A DNA stretch of 64,000 nt from Promethearchaeia archaeon (GTDB taxonomy: Archaea > Asgardarchaeota > Lokiarchaeia > Sigyniarchaeales > SOKP01). This document shows, one piece after another, positions 38,377 through 48,981 of the stretch (position 1 is the stretch's first letter; the number at the start of each line of letters is the position of its first letter). The DNA lies in assembly GCA_029856045.1 (NCBI GenBank), contig JAHQWG010000053.1, forward strand, positions 1-64,000, in the 5' to 3' direction. Below the pieces are notes generated by a model. It was not told the origin of the DNA. It was given only the letters and a program-made list of their open reading frames with translations, and searched no databases. A program made the translations under genes and the position numbers.

Positions 38377-40398
38377 TTAAGATTTATTTCTAATTTTTAC
38401 ACTTTTAGATTTAATAATTCGAGAGTTCAATAAATCTATTACTGCTTTATAAACTTCTACTTTCTGTTCATTGTTCAAATTCAAAAACTCATAGAAAAAG
38501 TTATCTAATTTATATCGTAAGGGCTTAATTTGATTTAAAGTAACTGGTTCAGTCTTTTTTATTCCAATTTCATTATATATTGTATCAATAGGTGTGTCAC
38601 ACAACTTTTTAAATATCTCCTTTAATTTTTTGTAATCTTCATTTGAAATTTTATCTGGATTAATTGTCAATAACCGTCTTGCCAGAAATTCGCTGAGTTC
38701 CGCTACGGTTACCGAACCCGTAAGTTCATAGCCGGCGAGTTCATAAAAAAACCGCCCTAAAGTCGAATTCAAAAAAGAAAGTGTAATAGTTATCGCTCGC
38801 TCTGTATCTATTGCAATCTCATATAACGTTTGGTCGCTATAGATCTCCTTATTATTAAAATAAACATAGAATTTTTCCCCCATTCGTTTAGGAAACAAAA
38901 TTTGATATGGTTTCCGAACCCCCAAATCATACCAACGTTGTCGATTCTTCATTGTTCTACGATTATGGAAGCCTTGAGATTCTCCCCATTTGATATAATT
39001 CAAGATTCCCTTCTTTAAATTTTGCTTATTATCGTGAATTATAAGAACAACTTGATTTAATGACTCCGGTTTAATTTTAACATAATCACTTTCTCTTGGA
39101 CTTTTAATTAAATAATTTGGAACCCAATCATTTGACTTCTTATGCATCCAATACTCCTTCTCTATACTAAATCTCAACTGATTTGACTTTAAATCATATA
39201 ATAATAAATCCATTGTGTTAGGGTCTTTCTCAGTGTAAAAATTCCGATTCTTTTTACCCGGCGCTGGAATATAAAAAAATTGATTGGCTCCAGTAGTAAA
39301 GCCCCGCCTAAATGTGCCTATTTCTTTTAACGGAACCAAAAACTCTTTTCCTTTTTCCAATAAAATAAAATAAATATCAGGCGCTCTCAGAAATATATCC
39401 CACTTTGAACCTATATATTTGCCAACTTCTTTATCATAACCGCGATTCCAGAGATCTCCCTGGTTAATTGGGAAGATTCTAATATTATATTGCATATCAA
39501 CCTTATAATTATCCAAATCGTTAATATAATTCCAAAATGCATCATTCATTTGCCATCGTTCATTTTCACCCAAATCTTCACGTTTGTCAAAATTTGTAAA
39601 TTTACATAAAATGTTTGTTAATTTATCCCGTAATTGTATAAATTTCACAATATTACTCGAACGTTCCGATTCATTGGAACACTTCTCCAATATTATAATT
39701 ATCGTATCAACTTCTGCAAACTCAAAAAATCGCTCCACCTTCGAACCAACAATTGCCTTTATTTTGAAATTTTTTAATAAAAATTCCTGTAATTGCGTCC
39801 CATAATCAACATTGAGCCATAAATTAGGCGTAATATAACCCATAACACCAAAATCTTTTAAGAAAATACTACTATGATAAATGAAATAAGCATATAGACT
39901 GGTCCGCTTATTTATCGAAATAATATGATCTAACTCATCCTCAATTTGCAGTATTAATTGTTCTTTATATTTCATTCCCATTGAATGATTTATTTGTTCT
40001 TGGCGTGTAAAAGGTGGGTTTGCAACTAATACGTCAAATTTTGGCATCATAATTTGCTTATTATGCATTATTTTATGAAGAAAATAATTATTTTTTAATA
40101 ATTGACCTGGCTTAATTGAAAAAAAATCACCTTTTATAAGATAAGGAAAAAAGTTACTTTCATCTAAAAATAATGACGAAGGTGAAATATCAATTCCCCA
40201 AATTTTATTTTGAAAATCCTCTTGTTTCTCATTCTTTTTACTTAAATATTTTAACCGAGAATTCGCCCTTATTATAAAAATACCTTCCCCAAAACCAGGA
40301 TCTAAAATTTGTTGATTTGTTCTAAATAAAATTGAGCTTAAAATTAAATCAACAACATCAGGTTGAGTAAAAAAAAGTCCGTAATTTTTTTTTTTCAT
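38377..40398 (-). CDS. N6-adenine DNA methyltransferase with TRD (type IIG/Eco57I-like, no endonuclease domain)
   Basis: GLFFT motif X, DPGFGEG motif I, ANPPF motif IV, WLNVDYG, RRGFTTGANQFFY. Confidence 0.88.
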   Translation of the reverse strand: MKKKNYGLFFTQPDVVDLILSSILFRTNQQILDPGFGEGIFIIRANSRLKYLSKKNEKQEDFQNKIWGIDISPSSLFLDESNFFPYLIKGDFFSIKPGQLLKNNYFLHKIMHNKQIMMPKFDVLVANPPFTRQEQINHSMGMKYKEQLILQIEDELDHIISINKRTSLYAYFIYHSSIFLKDFGVMGYITPNLWLNVDYGTQLQEFLLKNFKIKAIVGSKVERFFEFAEVDTIIIILEKCSNESERSSNIVKFIQLRDKLTNILCKFTNFDKREDLGENERWQMNDAFWNYINDLDNYKVDMQYNIRIFPINQGDLWNRGYDKEVGKYIGSKWDIFLRAPDIYFILLEKGKEFLVPLKEIGTFRRGFTTGANQFFYIPAPGKKNRNFYTEKDPNTMDLLLYDLKSNQLRFSIEKEYWMHKKSNDWVPNYLIKSPRESDYVKIKPESLNQVVLIIHDNKQNLKKGILNYIKWGESQGFHNRRTMKNRQRWYDLGVRKPYQILFPKRMGEKFYVYFNNKEIYSDQTLYEIAIDTERAITITLSFLNSTLGRFFYELAGYELTGSVTVAELSEFLARRLLTINPDKISNEDYKKLKEIFKKLCDTPIDTIYNEIGIKKTEPVTLNQIKPLRYKLDNFFYEFLNLNNEQKVEVYKAVIDLLNSRIIKSKSVKIRNKS

Positions 40399-40548
40399 AC
40401 AATTTCTGTTAGATTTTTTAATTTCTACTAATTTTAATTATTTATTTTAAAAATTTATATTTAATATTGTTAAGTAAATATTAGAGATTCTCATTTTATT
40501 ATTGGTTTTTATGCTAGCTAATACTACAGATGAATGTCTAACTCTTTA

Positions 40549-41256
40549 TTAATTTAGACCAAAATACATTCTTCTATTATTCTTTCCTTTATTATCAGTC
40601 TTTAATAATTCAATCTTACCTATTTCTTTCAAATGTTTTACATGAGTCCCAGCATCTGCCTGCTCGTCAACATCTCCGATCTTTACTATACGTATTTCTT
40701 TAACATCTTCAGGCAATCCTTTGGCAAGATGTGTAAGCTCAGCCTTTTCCAATGCTTCCTCTCTAGAAATATAATAAGAAGTAACAGGCAAATCCTTCTC
40801 TATTATTTTATTTGCCTCATTAACAGTAGCATGCAGCTTTTCAATTGAATAATCTTTCATTGAAAAATCCATTCTAGATCTATCAACACCTAACTGATTA
40901 CCGGTAATTTTAGCATGAAAATTCTTGTAAATAATTGCACTTAAAAGGTGAGCTGCAGTATGATGACGCATTAAAGTATAGCGCCTTTCCCAATCAAGCT
41001 CGCAAGAAACCTCATCACCCTCATTCAAACCAACTTTGCCAACCTCATGACTTATTTTACCTGAAAACTTACCAACATAAACAACTTTGAATTTTTCACC
41101 ATTTTTGATAATGTATCCTTCATCCCATGGCTGACCCCCACTATTAGGATAAAATGCCGTATTATTAAGGACTATAAATTTTCCATCTTTAACATTAATA
41201 ACTTTAGCAGTCCAAGATTTCAAATAAGAATCATTCATATAAAGAGCTTCTATCAT
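40549..41256 (-). CDS. alaX: Alanyl-tRNA trans-editing protein, AlaX-M type
   Basis: TAFYPNSGGQPWD, RHHTAAH, QADAGTHV. Confidence 0.92.
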   Translation of the reverse strand: MIEALYMNDSYLKSWTAKVINVKDGKFIVLNNTAFYPNSGGQPWDEGYIIKNGEKFKVVYVGKFSGKISHEVGKVGLNEGDEVSCELDWERRYTLMRHHTAAHLLSAIIYKNFHAKITGNQLGVDRSRMDFSMKDYSIEKLHATVNEANKIIEKDLPVTSYYISREEALEKAELTHLAKGLPEDVKEIRIVKIGDVDEQADAGTHVKHLKEIGKIELLKTDNKGKNNRRMYFGLN

Positions 41257-41321
41257 AAAGATAAAAGAAAGAATCTAAATTCAAAAACTTTTCTTCTCTT
41301 CTAAATAGTTTTATCTTATTG

Positions 41322-42671
41322 TTATGAGTTTTTTTCTTGGATTATTTTAAGGATTTCTACATCTGTTGGTGCCATAGAATCGGAGATTTGACCAATTGCT
41401 TTAATTGTATCTTCTGCATTTTCAAAAATGATACCATTATCCGGAGATACTTTCATTCCATTAAGAGCCATGAGAGCACATTCAGTTGCTGTTCCAGCTG
41501 CTGTAGATAATTTGAGAGCACAACTCTCTTTTGCTCCATCACAGATAAACCCTGTATTATTTGCGGCCATTAAATTGATTGCCGCATGAATCTGTTCAAG
41601 AGAACCACCAAGTAAATAGGTAATACCCGCTGTAACACCGATCCCTGCCTTAATTGCACAACCACAGAGTGCAGATAAATGACCGCAAGATATATCAGCC
41701 AATTTAGTAATAAAATGTGAGAATAGTATTGCCTCACAAATTTTGTCTTTATCAATATTTTTCATTTCACCCATAACGGTGATTGGGATGATAGCCATAA
41801 TACCGAGATTTCCTGATCCTGAAGTCGTCATTACAGGTATGCTTGCACCACCCATTCGAGCATCCCCAGCAGAACCAACCTTGATACGCACTTGAGCAAT
41901 TAAACTTTCCTCATATCCCTCTTGTTGGGCAATTTTATGCAAAGTTCTCCCAATTTTTAATCCATAATCATTGTTCATGCCCTCATCAACAACTTTTTTA
42001 TTCATTATTATACCTTTATAGACTTCTTCTATTTCTTCAGAAGTTATTGATCGAGCAACCTTGAAGAGTTCTTCGATTTTTTCGGGAAATTTCTCTTTAT
42101 CTTCTACTTCTTTTTTCCAAGAACCTTCAAATAATATTTTGCCATCAACCCTAATTTCAGTTACATTATCGTGATCTTTTTGCACCCTTACATAAGCGGT
42201 TTTAATATTACTATTAACTTGATATTCTACGCTCACTTGAATATCGAGATCTGGCTTATCACTCCATTCGATTTTTTTTATAATAATTTTATTGCTTTTT
42301 AGGATTTGTTTTGCTTTTTGAATTGATTCTGATGAAATTCCGTCAAATAGATTTAATTTTTTTCTGGGATCGCTAAATAATCCCATTGCTGATGCGATTG
42401 CCATTCCCTTTTGACCATTAGTCCCCGGAATTATATTTGAATAAGCATTTTTAAATACATTCAAGTCTGTCTCTATGGATATTTGTTTGATTTTATCAAT
42501 TTCAATCTCTGAAGGGAGATTTTTAAAAATAAAGTTGTCATTCTCATTAACTTTTATTATATCATTAAAAATCGCATGATATGCTAAAGAAGTAGCATAT
42601 CCTACAGCAATCGGTTCTGTACATCCCGTAGCTGGTTTTACATACTTCTTTAGAAAACTAATTGCATCCAT
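41322..42671 (-). CDS. YhaM/CyuA-family L-cysteine desulfidase (serine dehydratase alpha-like)
   Basis: PATGCTEP, DARMGG, SGSGN, LSALCGC, ICDGAK.SCALK. Confidence 0.9.
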   Translation of the reverse strand: MDAISFLKKYVKPATGCTEPIAVGYATSLAYHAIFNDIIKVNENDNFIFKNLPSEIEIDKIKQISIETDLNVFKNAYSNIIPGTNGQKGMAIASAMGLFSDPRKKLNLFDGISSESIQKAKQILKSNKIIIKKIEWSDKPDLDIQVSVEYQVNSNIKTAYVRVQKDHDNVTEIRVDGKILFEGSWKKEVEDKEKFPEKIEELFKVARSITSEEIEEVYKGIIMNKKVVDEGMNNDYGLKIGRTLHKIAQQEGYEESLIAQVRIKVGSAGDARMGGASIPVMTTSGSGNLGIMAIIPITVMGEMKNIDKDKICEAILFSHFITKLADISCGHLSALCGCAIKAGIGVTAGITYLLGGSLEQIHAAINLMAANNTGFICDGAKESCALKLSTAAGTATECALMALNGMKVSPDNGIIFENAEDTIKAIGQISDSMAPTDVEILKIIQEKNS

Positions 42672-42827
42672 TTATTCTTTTTCACCTTTTTATTAAAAGA
42701 AATAAAGAAATATAAACGAATATTTTGTATCTTAATTTCAATGATTATTTTAATTATTCATTATTTTTTTAACTTAATATGAAATTTGTATAGAAAATTT
42801 TTATGAAAGGAATCTTTTCAAATAGAA

Positions 42828-44072
42828 ATGAAAAATAATATCGAATTATCAAGTGTAAAGAAAGAGCCAAAGAAAATTTATACGCATATCATTAGAGGTA
42901 AAAAAGCAGCGGTGTTTTTTTTATTACTTGTTATTGTTTTTTTTGGTATGCAGATTTTTCAAATTGGTTCTTGGACATTTCAACCAAATTTAAAGTGGCC
43001 TTATCTGTATTATATCGGCGATCCACAAAACTCAATAGGATTATCATGTGGAACACCAGTAGATTGTAAATTGATCTTAAATTATGGTGAAAATAATGAA
43101 TCTTTTGAGTCTTCTATAGAAGAATCAATGCCAACCAACCTTCATTTCTTTAACTTCACTAACTTGAATCCTGATACAATTTATTATTGGAAATTAAATA
43201 GCTCTGATTCAGATTTAAATTATCCATTTTTAAATAAAATTTATTCCTTTCAAACTGGTCCTATATCTACTGAAAAAAAACCATTCAAGTTTTGTGTTTT
43301 AGGAGATACACGCCCCGATATTTGGGGCAATACTAAACATATATATCTTTTGAAAGAGGCTTTAAAAGAGCAACCAAATTTTATTTTAAATGTGGGGGAT
43401 ATGGTAATGGGTCCGGGAATTACCGGGCATTGGGATAGATGGTTCTATGAAGTAAGAGAATGTGCTCAAAAGGGAATTCCTATTGAAATAGGGCTAGGAA
43501 ATCATGAATGGGATGAATATCAATGGTTATTTGGCTTTGAAGATAAGGGAATGACATATAAATATTATATGGAATATCCTGAACCTGAGAATTATTATGC
43601 ATTTAATTATAGTAATGCAGCCTTTATCTCTCTTGATACAAATGAAGGTGAAATAACAGAAACACAGATAGAATGGCTTAATAAAACGCTTGAAATCGCA
43701 AATGCTGACGAAAACATTGATTGGATTATTGTATTTGGGCATTATCCTTTATATTCGGAAGGAGGAAGAAATAGCAGAATTGGAAATGCTTTCGAAAATT
43801 CATTCAATAAATACAATGTAGATATGTATATATCCGGTCATATCCATCATTATGCAAGAGTGCAATTTAATGATATTACTTATATAATATCTGGTGGAGG
43901 TGGGGCAGAATTAGATGATAGAATTGATCCTACATTCTCAAATACTAAAAAAAGCGCAATAGCATTTCAATATTGCACTATTGAAATCGATGGATCACAA
44001 TTATATTTTAAATGCATTAGCCATAATGGAATTATTATTGATGAATGTCAACTAACTCCGAGGAAGGTATGA
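42828..44072 (+). CDS. Membrane-anchored purple acid phosphatase-like metallophosphoesterase
   Basis: TM, FN3-like domain, GDT, GDMV, GNHE, GHYP, SGHIH. Confidence 0.9.
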   Translation: MKNNIELSSVKKEPKKIYTHIIRGKKAAVFFLLLVIVFFGMQIFQIGSWTFQPNLKWPYLYYIGDPQNSIGLSCGTPVDCKLILNYGENNESFESSIEESMPTNLHFFNFTNLNPDTIYYWKLNSSDSDLNYPFLNKIYSFQTGPISTEKKPFKFCVLGDTRPDIWGNTKHIYLLKEALKEQPNFILNVGDMVMGPGITGHWDRWFYEVRECAQKGIPIEIGLGNHEWDEYQWLFGFEDKGMTYKYYMEYPEPENYYAFNYSNAAFISLDTNEGEITETQIEWLNKTLEIANADENIDWIIVFGHYPLYSEGGRNSRIGNAFENSFNKYNVDMYISGHIHHYARVQFNDITYIISGGGGAELDDRIDPTFSNTKKSAIAFQYCTIEIDGSQLYFKCISHNGIIIDECQLTPRKV

Positions 44073-44686
44073 AAAAAATGGCAGAATACACAATTTATAT
44101 GACATTTATTATTGGATTTTTATTTTTACTTTGCAGAGATGCTGAAAAATTAAGATGGCTGGGCGGTCGTAAAGGAGAGGAATCCCCAGTTAAAGATGGC
44201 TCTTTCTGGTTCTTTCTTTGGGTTTCATTGATAATTCTTCGAGTATGTATTCTACAGACTAGTTTTCTAATAAATACCACCATTAATGAGCCTTCTATGA
44301 TGATACTGTATTCACATCAAATTTTTGGTATTCTTATGTTATTTTCTTTAGTCTTTGTCTTGCTAATTAAAGGATTTTTAAATCCCAGCTTAAATTTCAT
44401 CATTGCTTTATTCTCTAATATTATCACAACGATAATATTTTGGTCATTAAACATTCTTGATGAATCTAACTATACATCTCCAATAGTTGGTCTCATTGTG
44501 GGCGTAATTATTGAGAATATATTGATAAGGTTTTATAAATCCGGGAATAGAATTCTATGGAACTTACCGCCCAAAGTTTGGAAAACTGTAAATAACAAAT
44601 GGTTTGTTTTGGCATTTACAATATTATATGCGATAGAAATGTATTTGCAAATCTATTCAGAAAGTATTACGACCATTTTCATTTAA
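44069..44686 (+). CDS. Multi-pass membrane protein
   Basis: About 6 hydrophobic helices; ATGA overlap with the phosphatase stop. Confidence 0.75.
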   Translation: MKKMAEYTIYMTFIIGFLFLLCRDAEKLRWLGGRKGEESPVKDGSFWFFLWVSLIILRVCILQTSFLINTTINEPSMMILYSHQIFGILMLFSLVFVLLIKGFLNPSLNFIIALFSNIITTIIFWSLNILDESNYTSPIVGLIVGVIIENILIRFYKSGNRILWNLPPKVWKTVNNKWFVLAFTILYAIEMYLQIYSESITTIFI

Positions 44687-44831
44687 ATATTTTAAATTAA
44701 ACAGAAAAAAATCAGAAGTTGATAATTCTAAAAATCTGATAGAAACACTTACTTCTGAAGCATTTTGTAATAAATTCATAAAATCCTAATCATATAAACA
44801 GCGAAAATGAATCCTAAAATTATTAAAATGA

Positions 44832-45461
44832 TTAAATTCTAAATTCTCCACCCATGTCAAGAAATTTTGAGTTAAGATTATTAACCTTAAGAAAATCGAC
44901 TAATTTCTTTGCGTTTTCCTCTTTTTCACCTGTAAAATGATATGGAATTACCAATTTTGGAGAAATAATTTTTAAAAACTCTAAATAATCATTAAAATTA
45001 CTCTCAAAACATGCAATAAAACAGCAATCAATTTCGGTTTTAATTGCTCTTAACTGGTTGGAAAATTTGGCTGAATCTGCAGTATGTAATATCCTTTTAC
45101 CTCCAATCTCAATTAAAAATGCAACACACCCCTTCGATTTCCAACACTCGTTCTCGAAAACCTCTACAATACCATCATTTAGATTAACTTTGGTATTCGA
45201 CTCAACTTCTAAAATATCGAATTTAAAATTGTTGTGTACAATTTTTGGACCATAAATTGCTAGCCATTTTGGGTTTTCCGTATATTTTTCACAAATTTCA
45301 TCAAGTTTATCTATATTAATGTGATCTGAATGTTCATGCGTGATAAAAACTCTTCCAATTCCTTCTCTGGGAGGAGACAAAAATACGGGGTCTATAATGA
45401 TATGATCTTTTTCACCAATCAATTCTATGCACGCATTGCCTAAAAACCTACAAATCAACAT
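44832..45461 (-). CDS. MBL-fold metallo-hydrolase
   Basis: IDP, THEHSDH, HTADS, IPYHF. Confidence 0.88.
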   Translation of the reverse strand: MLICRFLGNACIELIGEKDHIIIDPVFLSPPREGIGRVFITHEHSDHINIDKLDEICEKYTENPKWLAIYGPKIVHNNFKFDILEVESNTKVNLNDGIVEVFENECWKSKGCVAFLIEIGGKRILHTADSAKFSNQLRAIKTEIDCCFIACFESNFNDYLEFLKIISPKLVIPYHFTGEKEENAKKLVDFLKVNNLNSKFLDMGGEFRI

Positions 45462-45490
45462 TACAAAATCATCTCTTTTATGTAATTAAT

Positions 45491-45862
45491 TTAAAGTGTT
45501 TTGAATAACTTTTTTTCTATTATTTCAACTATGATAGATACATTTGACCATCCATATTGTCTATCTAAGCCGGGAACGAAGAAAATCGGAATAAATCCGA
45601 TGGATGTAAAAAAGGTTACGATTTTATCCCATTTTTCTTTAAATTCAGGCTTGGAGCGTTTCTGGATTAAATTAGGGTCATATTTGCTGAAATATAAGAT
45701 ATTATTTATAAAAAACACGTAAAATAAAATGAGTACAATCCAAGCCTCAACCCATAAAAAATTATTAGCGGGTATTAACATCCCTAATCCAAGCAAGAAC
45801 GTTACAAAGGTTACTACACCAATAAACTTCCCCTTTGATAAATCTGTCCCTTTATCTGTCAT
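45491..45862 (-). pseudogene. C-terminally truncated isoprenylcysteine carboxyl methyltransferase-family protein
   Basis: Typical N-half (W.EAW, DP.L..KR, WDK, PGLDR.YGWS); catalytic GPY..VRHP.Y half absent. Confidence 0.7.
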
Positions 45863-45925
45863 GATTGAAATAATACTAGCTTATTTTTTGCTGTATTTCT
45901 ATTGCTCATATCTATTCTGTAAAAT

Positions 45926-46834
45926 TTATTTAGATAATAAAAATTCCCTAAATGACATCATAAATTCATTTTCTTTAATTAACGTTCCTAGATGACCAGT
46001 ATTCTCGTAAATTATATCTGAAACATTGGGGAACTGTTTTTTTAATCTTTCGTGATATTTAAAATCGGAATCTGTGTTAGATGTTACTACTAACACCCGT
46101 CCTGTCCAATCTTGAAATGAAATCTTATTCAATTTCATACTATCTGACACCAGTTTAAATTGACATAAAACATCCTTTTTCGTGATTTTAGTCTTAAATA
46201 TCTCTGTAAAAAAACATTTAAAAAATTTAACACGTTCAACTTGCTCTTCTGTTAGATTTACATCAACTTTAGTTAGTTTTAATAATTCTCTTGAAAGAAT
46301 TTTAAATAAAAGAGAGTAGGGAACGATGTGTACGATAAAAATCATTAATTTAAAGTACCAATTCCATTCTGGAAGAGGAGGAAATGTAAAACTTAAAATA
46401 AGTTTTTCAATTCTGTGGAACGCATGATAAAAATAAGATTGTGCCATCAATCCACCAAAACTTCCCCCATAAACATAAAGAGTCTCAACTTTTTCTTCTT
46501 TAAGAATATTGTCAATCCCGATGAAAAATTGATTCAGATTTTTGAATCCTTTTATAGAAGGCGCAATAATTTTGTATTCTGATTGTAATTGTAAAATTCG
46601 ATTATAAGCAGTTTCAGCATTGCCCATCGCTCCGTGAAATATCAATAGAGTCTTTTTTCCTGAACCAGAAGTAATATATTCTGATGTAATTCCGTTCTTT
46701 GACAACAGAGTAAATTTATTCTGATTTCTAAATTCAATTAATTCCTTCATTAGAGTGTCATCAACATGAACATAAAAATCTGGATTACTTTTTGGTATAG
46801 GTATTTCTTTTTTCAAGTTTGACATAATTTTCAC
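45926..46834 (-). CDS. Alpha/beta hydrolase
   Basis: IFHG, GGSFGG, TGH. Confidence 0.85.
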   Translation of the reverse strand: MKIMSNLKKEIPIPKSNPDFYVHVDDTLMKELIEFRNQNKFTLLSKNGITSEYITSGSGKKTLLIFHGAMGNAETAYNRILQLQSEYKIIAPSIKGFKNLNQFFIGIDNILKEEKVETLYVYGGSFGGLMAQSYFYHAFHRIEKLILSFTFPPLPEWNWYFKLMIFIVHIVPYSLLFKILSRELLKLTKVDVNLTEEQVERVKFFKCFFTEIFKTKITKKDVLCQFKLVSDSMKLNKISFQDWTGRVLVVTSNTDSDFKYHERLKKQFPNVSDIIYENTGHLGTLIKENEFMMSFREFLLSK

Positions 46835-46883
46835 ATCTGATAATTCAATCTGGGCTCACTACTTGTAAATTGTTTTATAACAT

Positions 46884-46911
46884 TTAGTTTGTACTAATTA
46901 GTCACAACTAA
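46884..46911. promoter_or_regulatory. Imperfect 28-bp palindrome, candidate operator
   Basis: TTAGTT-TGT-ACTAATTAGT-CAC-AACTAA beside TTTATAAA in a divergent intergenic region. Confidence 0.45.
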
Positions 46912-46943
46912 TTTATAAATTTAATGATTTAATATCATCATTA

Positions 46944-47237
46944 GTGATCTATAATATAACCAATAAATATAAAATTACTGAGATAATGGAAAAAGTTATT
47001 GAAATGATTAGAACCTTTCAGGAAGATTATTGGATTTCTGTTAAGCATGAGACCAACATCAATTATTTAATAAAAGAAATTAAAGATAAAAAAAGGAAGC
47101 CTTCCAGAAACGAAACGGTAGAATTGATAAAATATTTTAGAAAAATAAAAAAGAAAATAAAAAAAAGAATCCGAAAAATTGAAAATGAAGCGAGCTTTTT
47201 TAATAAACATCATAGAAAGAATCGCTTAACCTTCTAA
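46944..47237 (+). CDS. Basic helical hypothetical protein
   Basis: 97-aa ORF; true start possibly the ATG at 46986. Confidence 0.55.
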   Translation: MIYNITNKYKITEIMEKVIEMIRTFQEDYWISVKHETNINYLIKEIKDKKRKPSRNETVELIKYFRKIKKKIKKRIRKIENEASFFNKHHRKNRLTF

Positions 47238-47601
47238 TTATTTGTAAATAATCGGAAACATTTAGAAGATTCCAAAATTTATTTCAATCTTTAAACTTGA
47301 ATCTATAAAAATAATGAAAGTTTAATTATTATCTTAATGATAATTCTTGAATATTCAGCTAGATTTTATCTACGAAGATTCAATTTTTTGAATTTATGAA
47401 CTTAAAATATATTCTAATTTATATTCCAAGTGTTGTTTTTCTTGGACATAATAATCTATATATCATTTATCTGTAAGGGGGAAATACTAAAAGCAATATT
47501 TAGGCAAGACTGATAATTCCTTTTATAAATCAGAAATCTAATTTAAAGGAAATTTTCTTAATCAAAATACTTTAAGTTGTTATTTCATTAATTTTTAACA
47601 A

Positions 47602-47955
47602 TTAATAAATACGCCAGAGGTAAATATCAAGATCAATGGATTGATCTTCCTTAAAAACAATACCCTCTTTTTCCAACAGATCTTTTTGAGTTTCATAACC
47701 ACGATAAAGGGGCAAAGAAATACGTCCCTTACTATTAATAACTCTATGCCACGGTAAATCATATTTTCTAGAGCAAGAATGCAATATCCAAGATACCTGA
47801 CGTGAAGCACGTGGATTACCTGCATAAGCAGCAATTTGACCATAAGTGGCAACTTTTCCTGGTGGTATCTGCTTTATTAGTTGTTTTACGTGCTCAGAAA
47901 ATGAATAGTTCATGTTATTATCATCTTCATTAAATATTTTCATTCCAATATTCAC
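47602..47955 (-). CDS. Alkyltransferase-like (ATL) O6-alkylguanine-binding protein
   Basis: IPPGKVATYGQIA and PWHRV (Trp in place of catalytic Cys). Confidence 0.92.
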   Translation of the reverse strand: MNIGMKIFNEDDNNMNYSFSEHVKQLIKQIPPGKVATYGQIAAYAGNPRASRQVSWILHSCSRKYDLPWHRVINSKGRISLPLYRGYETQKDLLEKEGIVFKEDQSIDLDIYLWRIY

Positions 47956-48024
47956 TTGATTTATTAGAATAAAAATAAGAAAAAAAAGAATATTTTTTGT
48001 TTTTTTAATTATTTTACTATTCCA

Positions 48025-48438
48025 TTACGTTCTCTTTTCTTCTCGAAGGTAGAAGTAGATGTTTATAACTATTAAAATGATTTTTATTATAGTAGCAATT
48101 ATTTGACCTGTAATCCAGGTAGCTGAACCAGTAATAGTAATATAAGCCACAATATCTAAAATAAGCAATAGTATTTCATATGCGATTGCAAGCTCGAAGG
48201 TTATTTTAACTTTCTCCCAGTCTGCTCTTATGATCGCAATTATACCGAAAATTCCAAGAACCACAAGAGCTCCACCACAAACCCTTAAGGCTTGTACATC
48301 AAACGCAGGTGCATCAGTTAATTGGTAATATATCTCAGGAATTATCAATTCAAGAAATCCATAGATAAATGCAACAATTACATTAACAATAATCACAATT
48401 TTCATTTCTTTTGACATTTCTGCCATAGATTTTATCAT
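48025..48438 (-). CDS. 4-TM membrane protein
   Basis: Four hydrophobic helices. Confidence 0.75.
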   Translation of the reverse strand: MIKSMAEMSKEMKIVIIVNVIVAFIYGFLELIIPEIYYQLTDAPAFDVQALRVCGGALVVLGIFGIIAIIRADWEKVKITFELAIAYEILLLILDIVAYITITGSATWITGQIIATIIKIILIVINIYFYLREEKRT

Positions 48439-48729
48439 CTCTTATTTTTTTTATTAAAAATTGTATCTCCTTTTTAAAACAAGTTAATGTAAGTTACTTT
48501 TTAATTTAAACATTAATACAAAATTGTTAAAGAATAAAATAGTTTTTATTTTTTTTTATAAAAAATCTAAATAATTATGACATCATTCTTTTCTATGATA
48601 CAAGAAATAATAGAATAATAGATAATGCAATAATTTTAATTAAAAAAATATAAAAACATATAATGATTTTACTATTAATAGAATAATTATTTTATTAAAT
48701 AATTAAAATATAAAATAACATATATAAAA

Positions 48730-48981
48730 ATGACATATACTACAATTTCTATTAAAGATAAGACCAAAAAAGAATTAAAGAATCTTCTATCAATATATAA
48801 CGCAAAATCTATGGATGAATTACTAAAATTATTAATAATAGAAGCAAAGAAAAAGAAGATTGACGATTTTGGCATTGAATTTCAAAAAAAATTAAAAGAA
48901 AAGAATTTATCTTTAGAAGATATCATAAAATCTGGAGAAGAAATAAGAGCAAAGATCTTAAAGGAAGAATCTAAGAAATGA
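48730..48981 (+). CDS. VapB-like antitoxin
   Basis: TTISI...TK..L RHH-like N-terminus; ATGA overlap with the PIN gene. Confidence 0.8.
   Translation: MTYTTISIKDKTKKELKNLLSIYNAKSMDELLKLLIIEAKKKKIDDFGIEFQKKLKEKNLSLEDIIKSGEEIRAKILKEESKK

Noticed and set aside
40549-41256. AlaX with Asp instead of the zinc-ligand Cys (QADAGTH)
   Set aside because: QADGGTH-type motifs are common in archaeal AlaX-M proteins
47602-47955. MGMT lacking its catalytic Cys
   Set aside because: PWHRV defines the known ATL family
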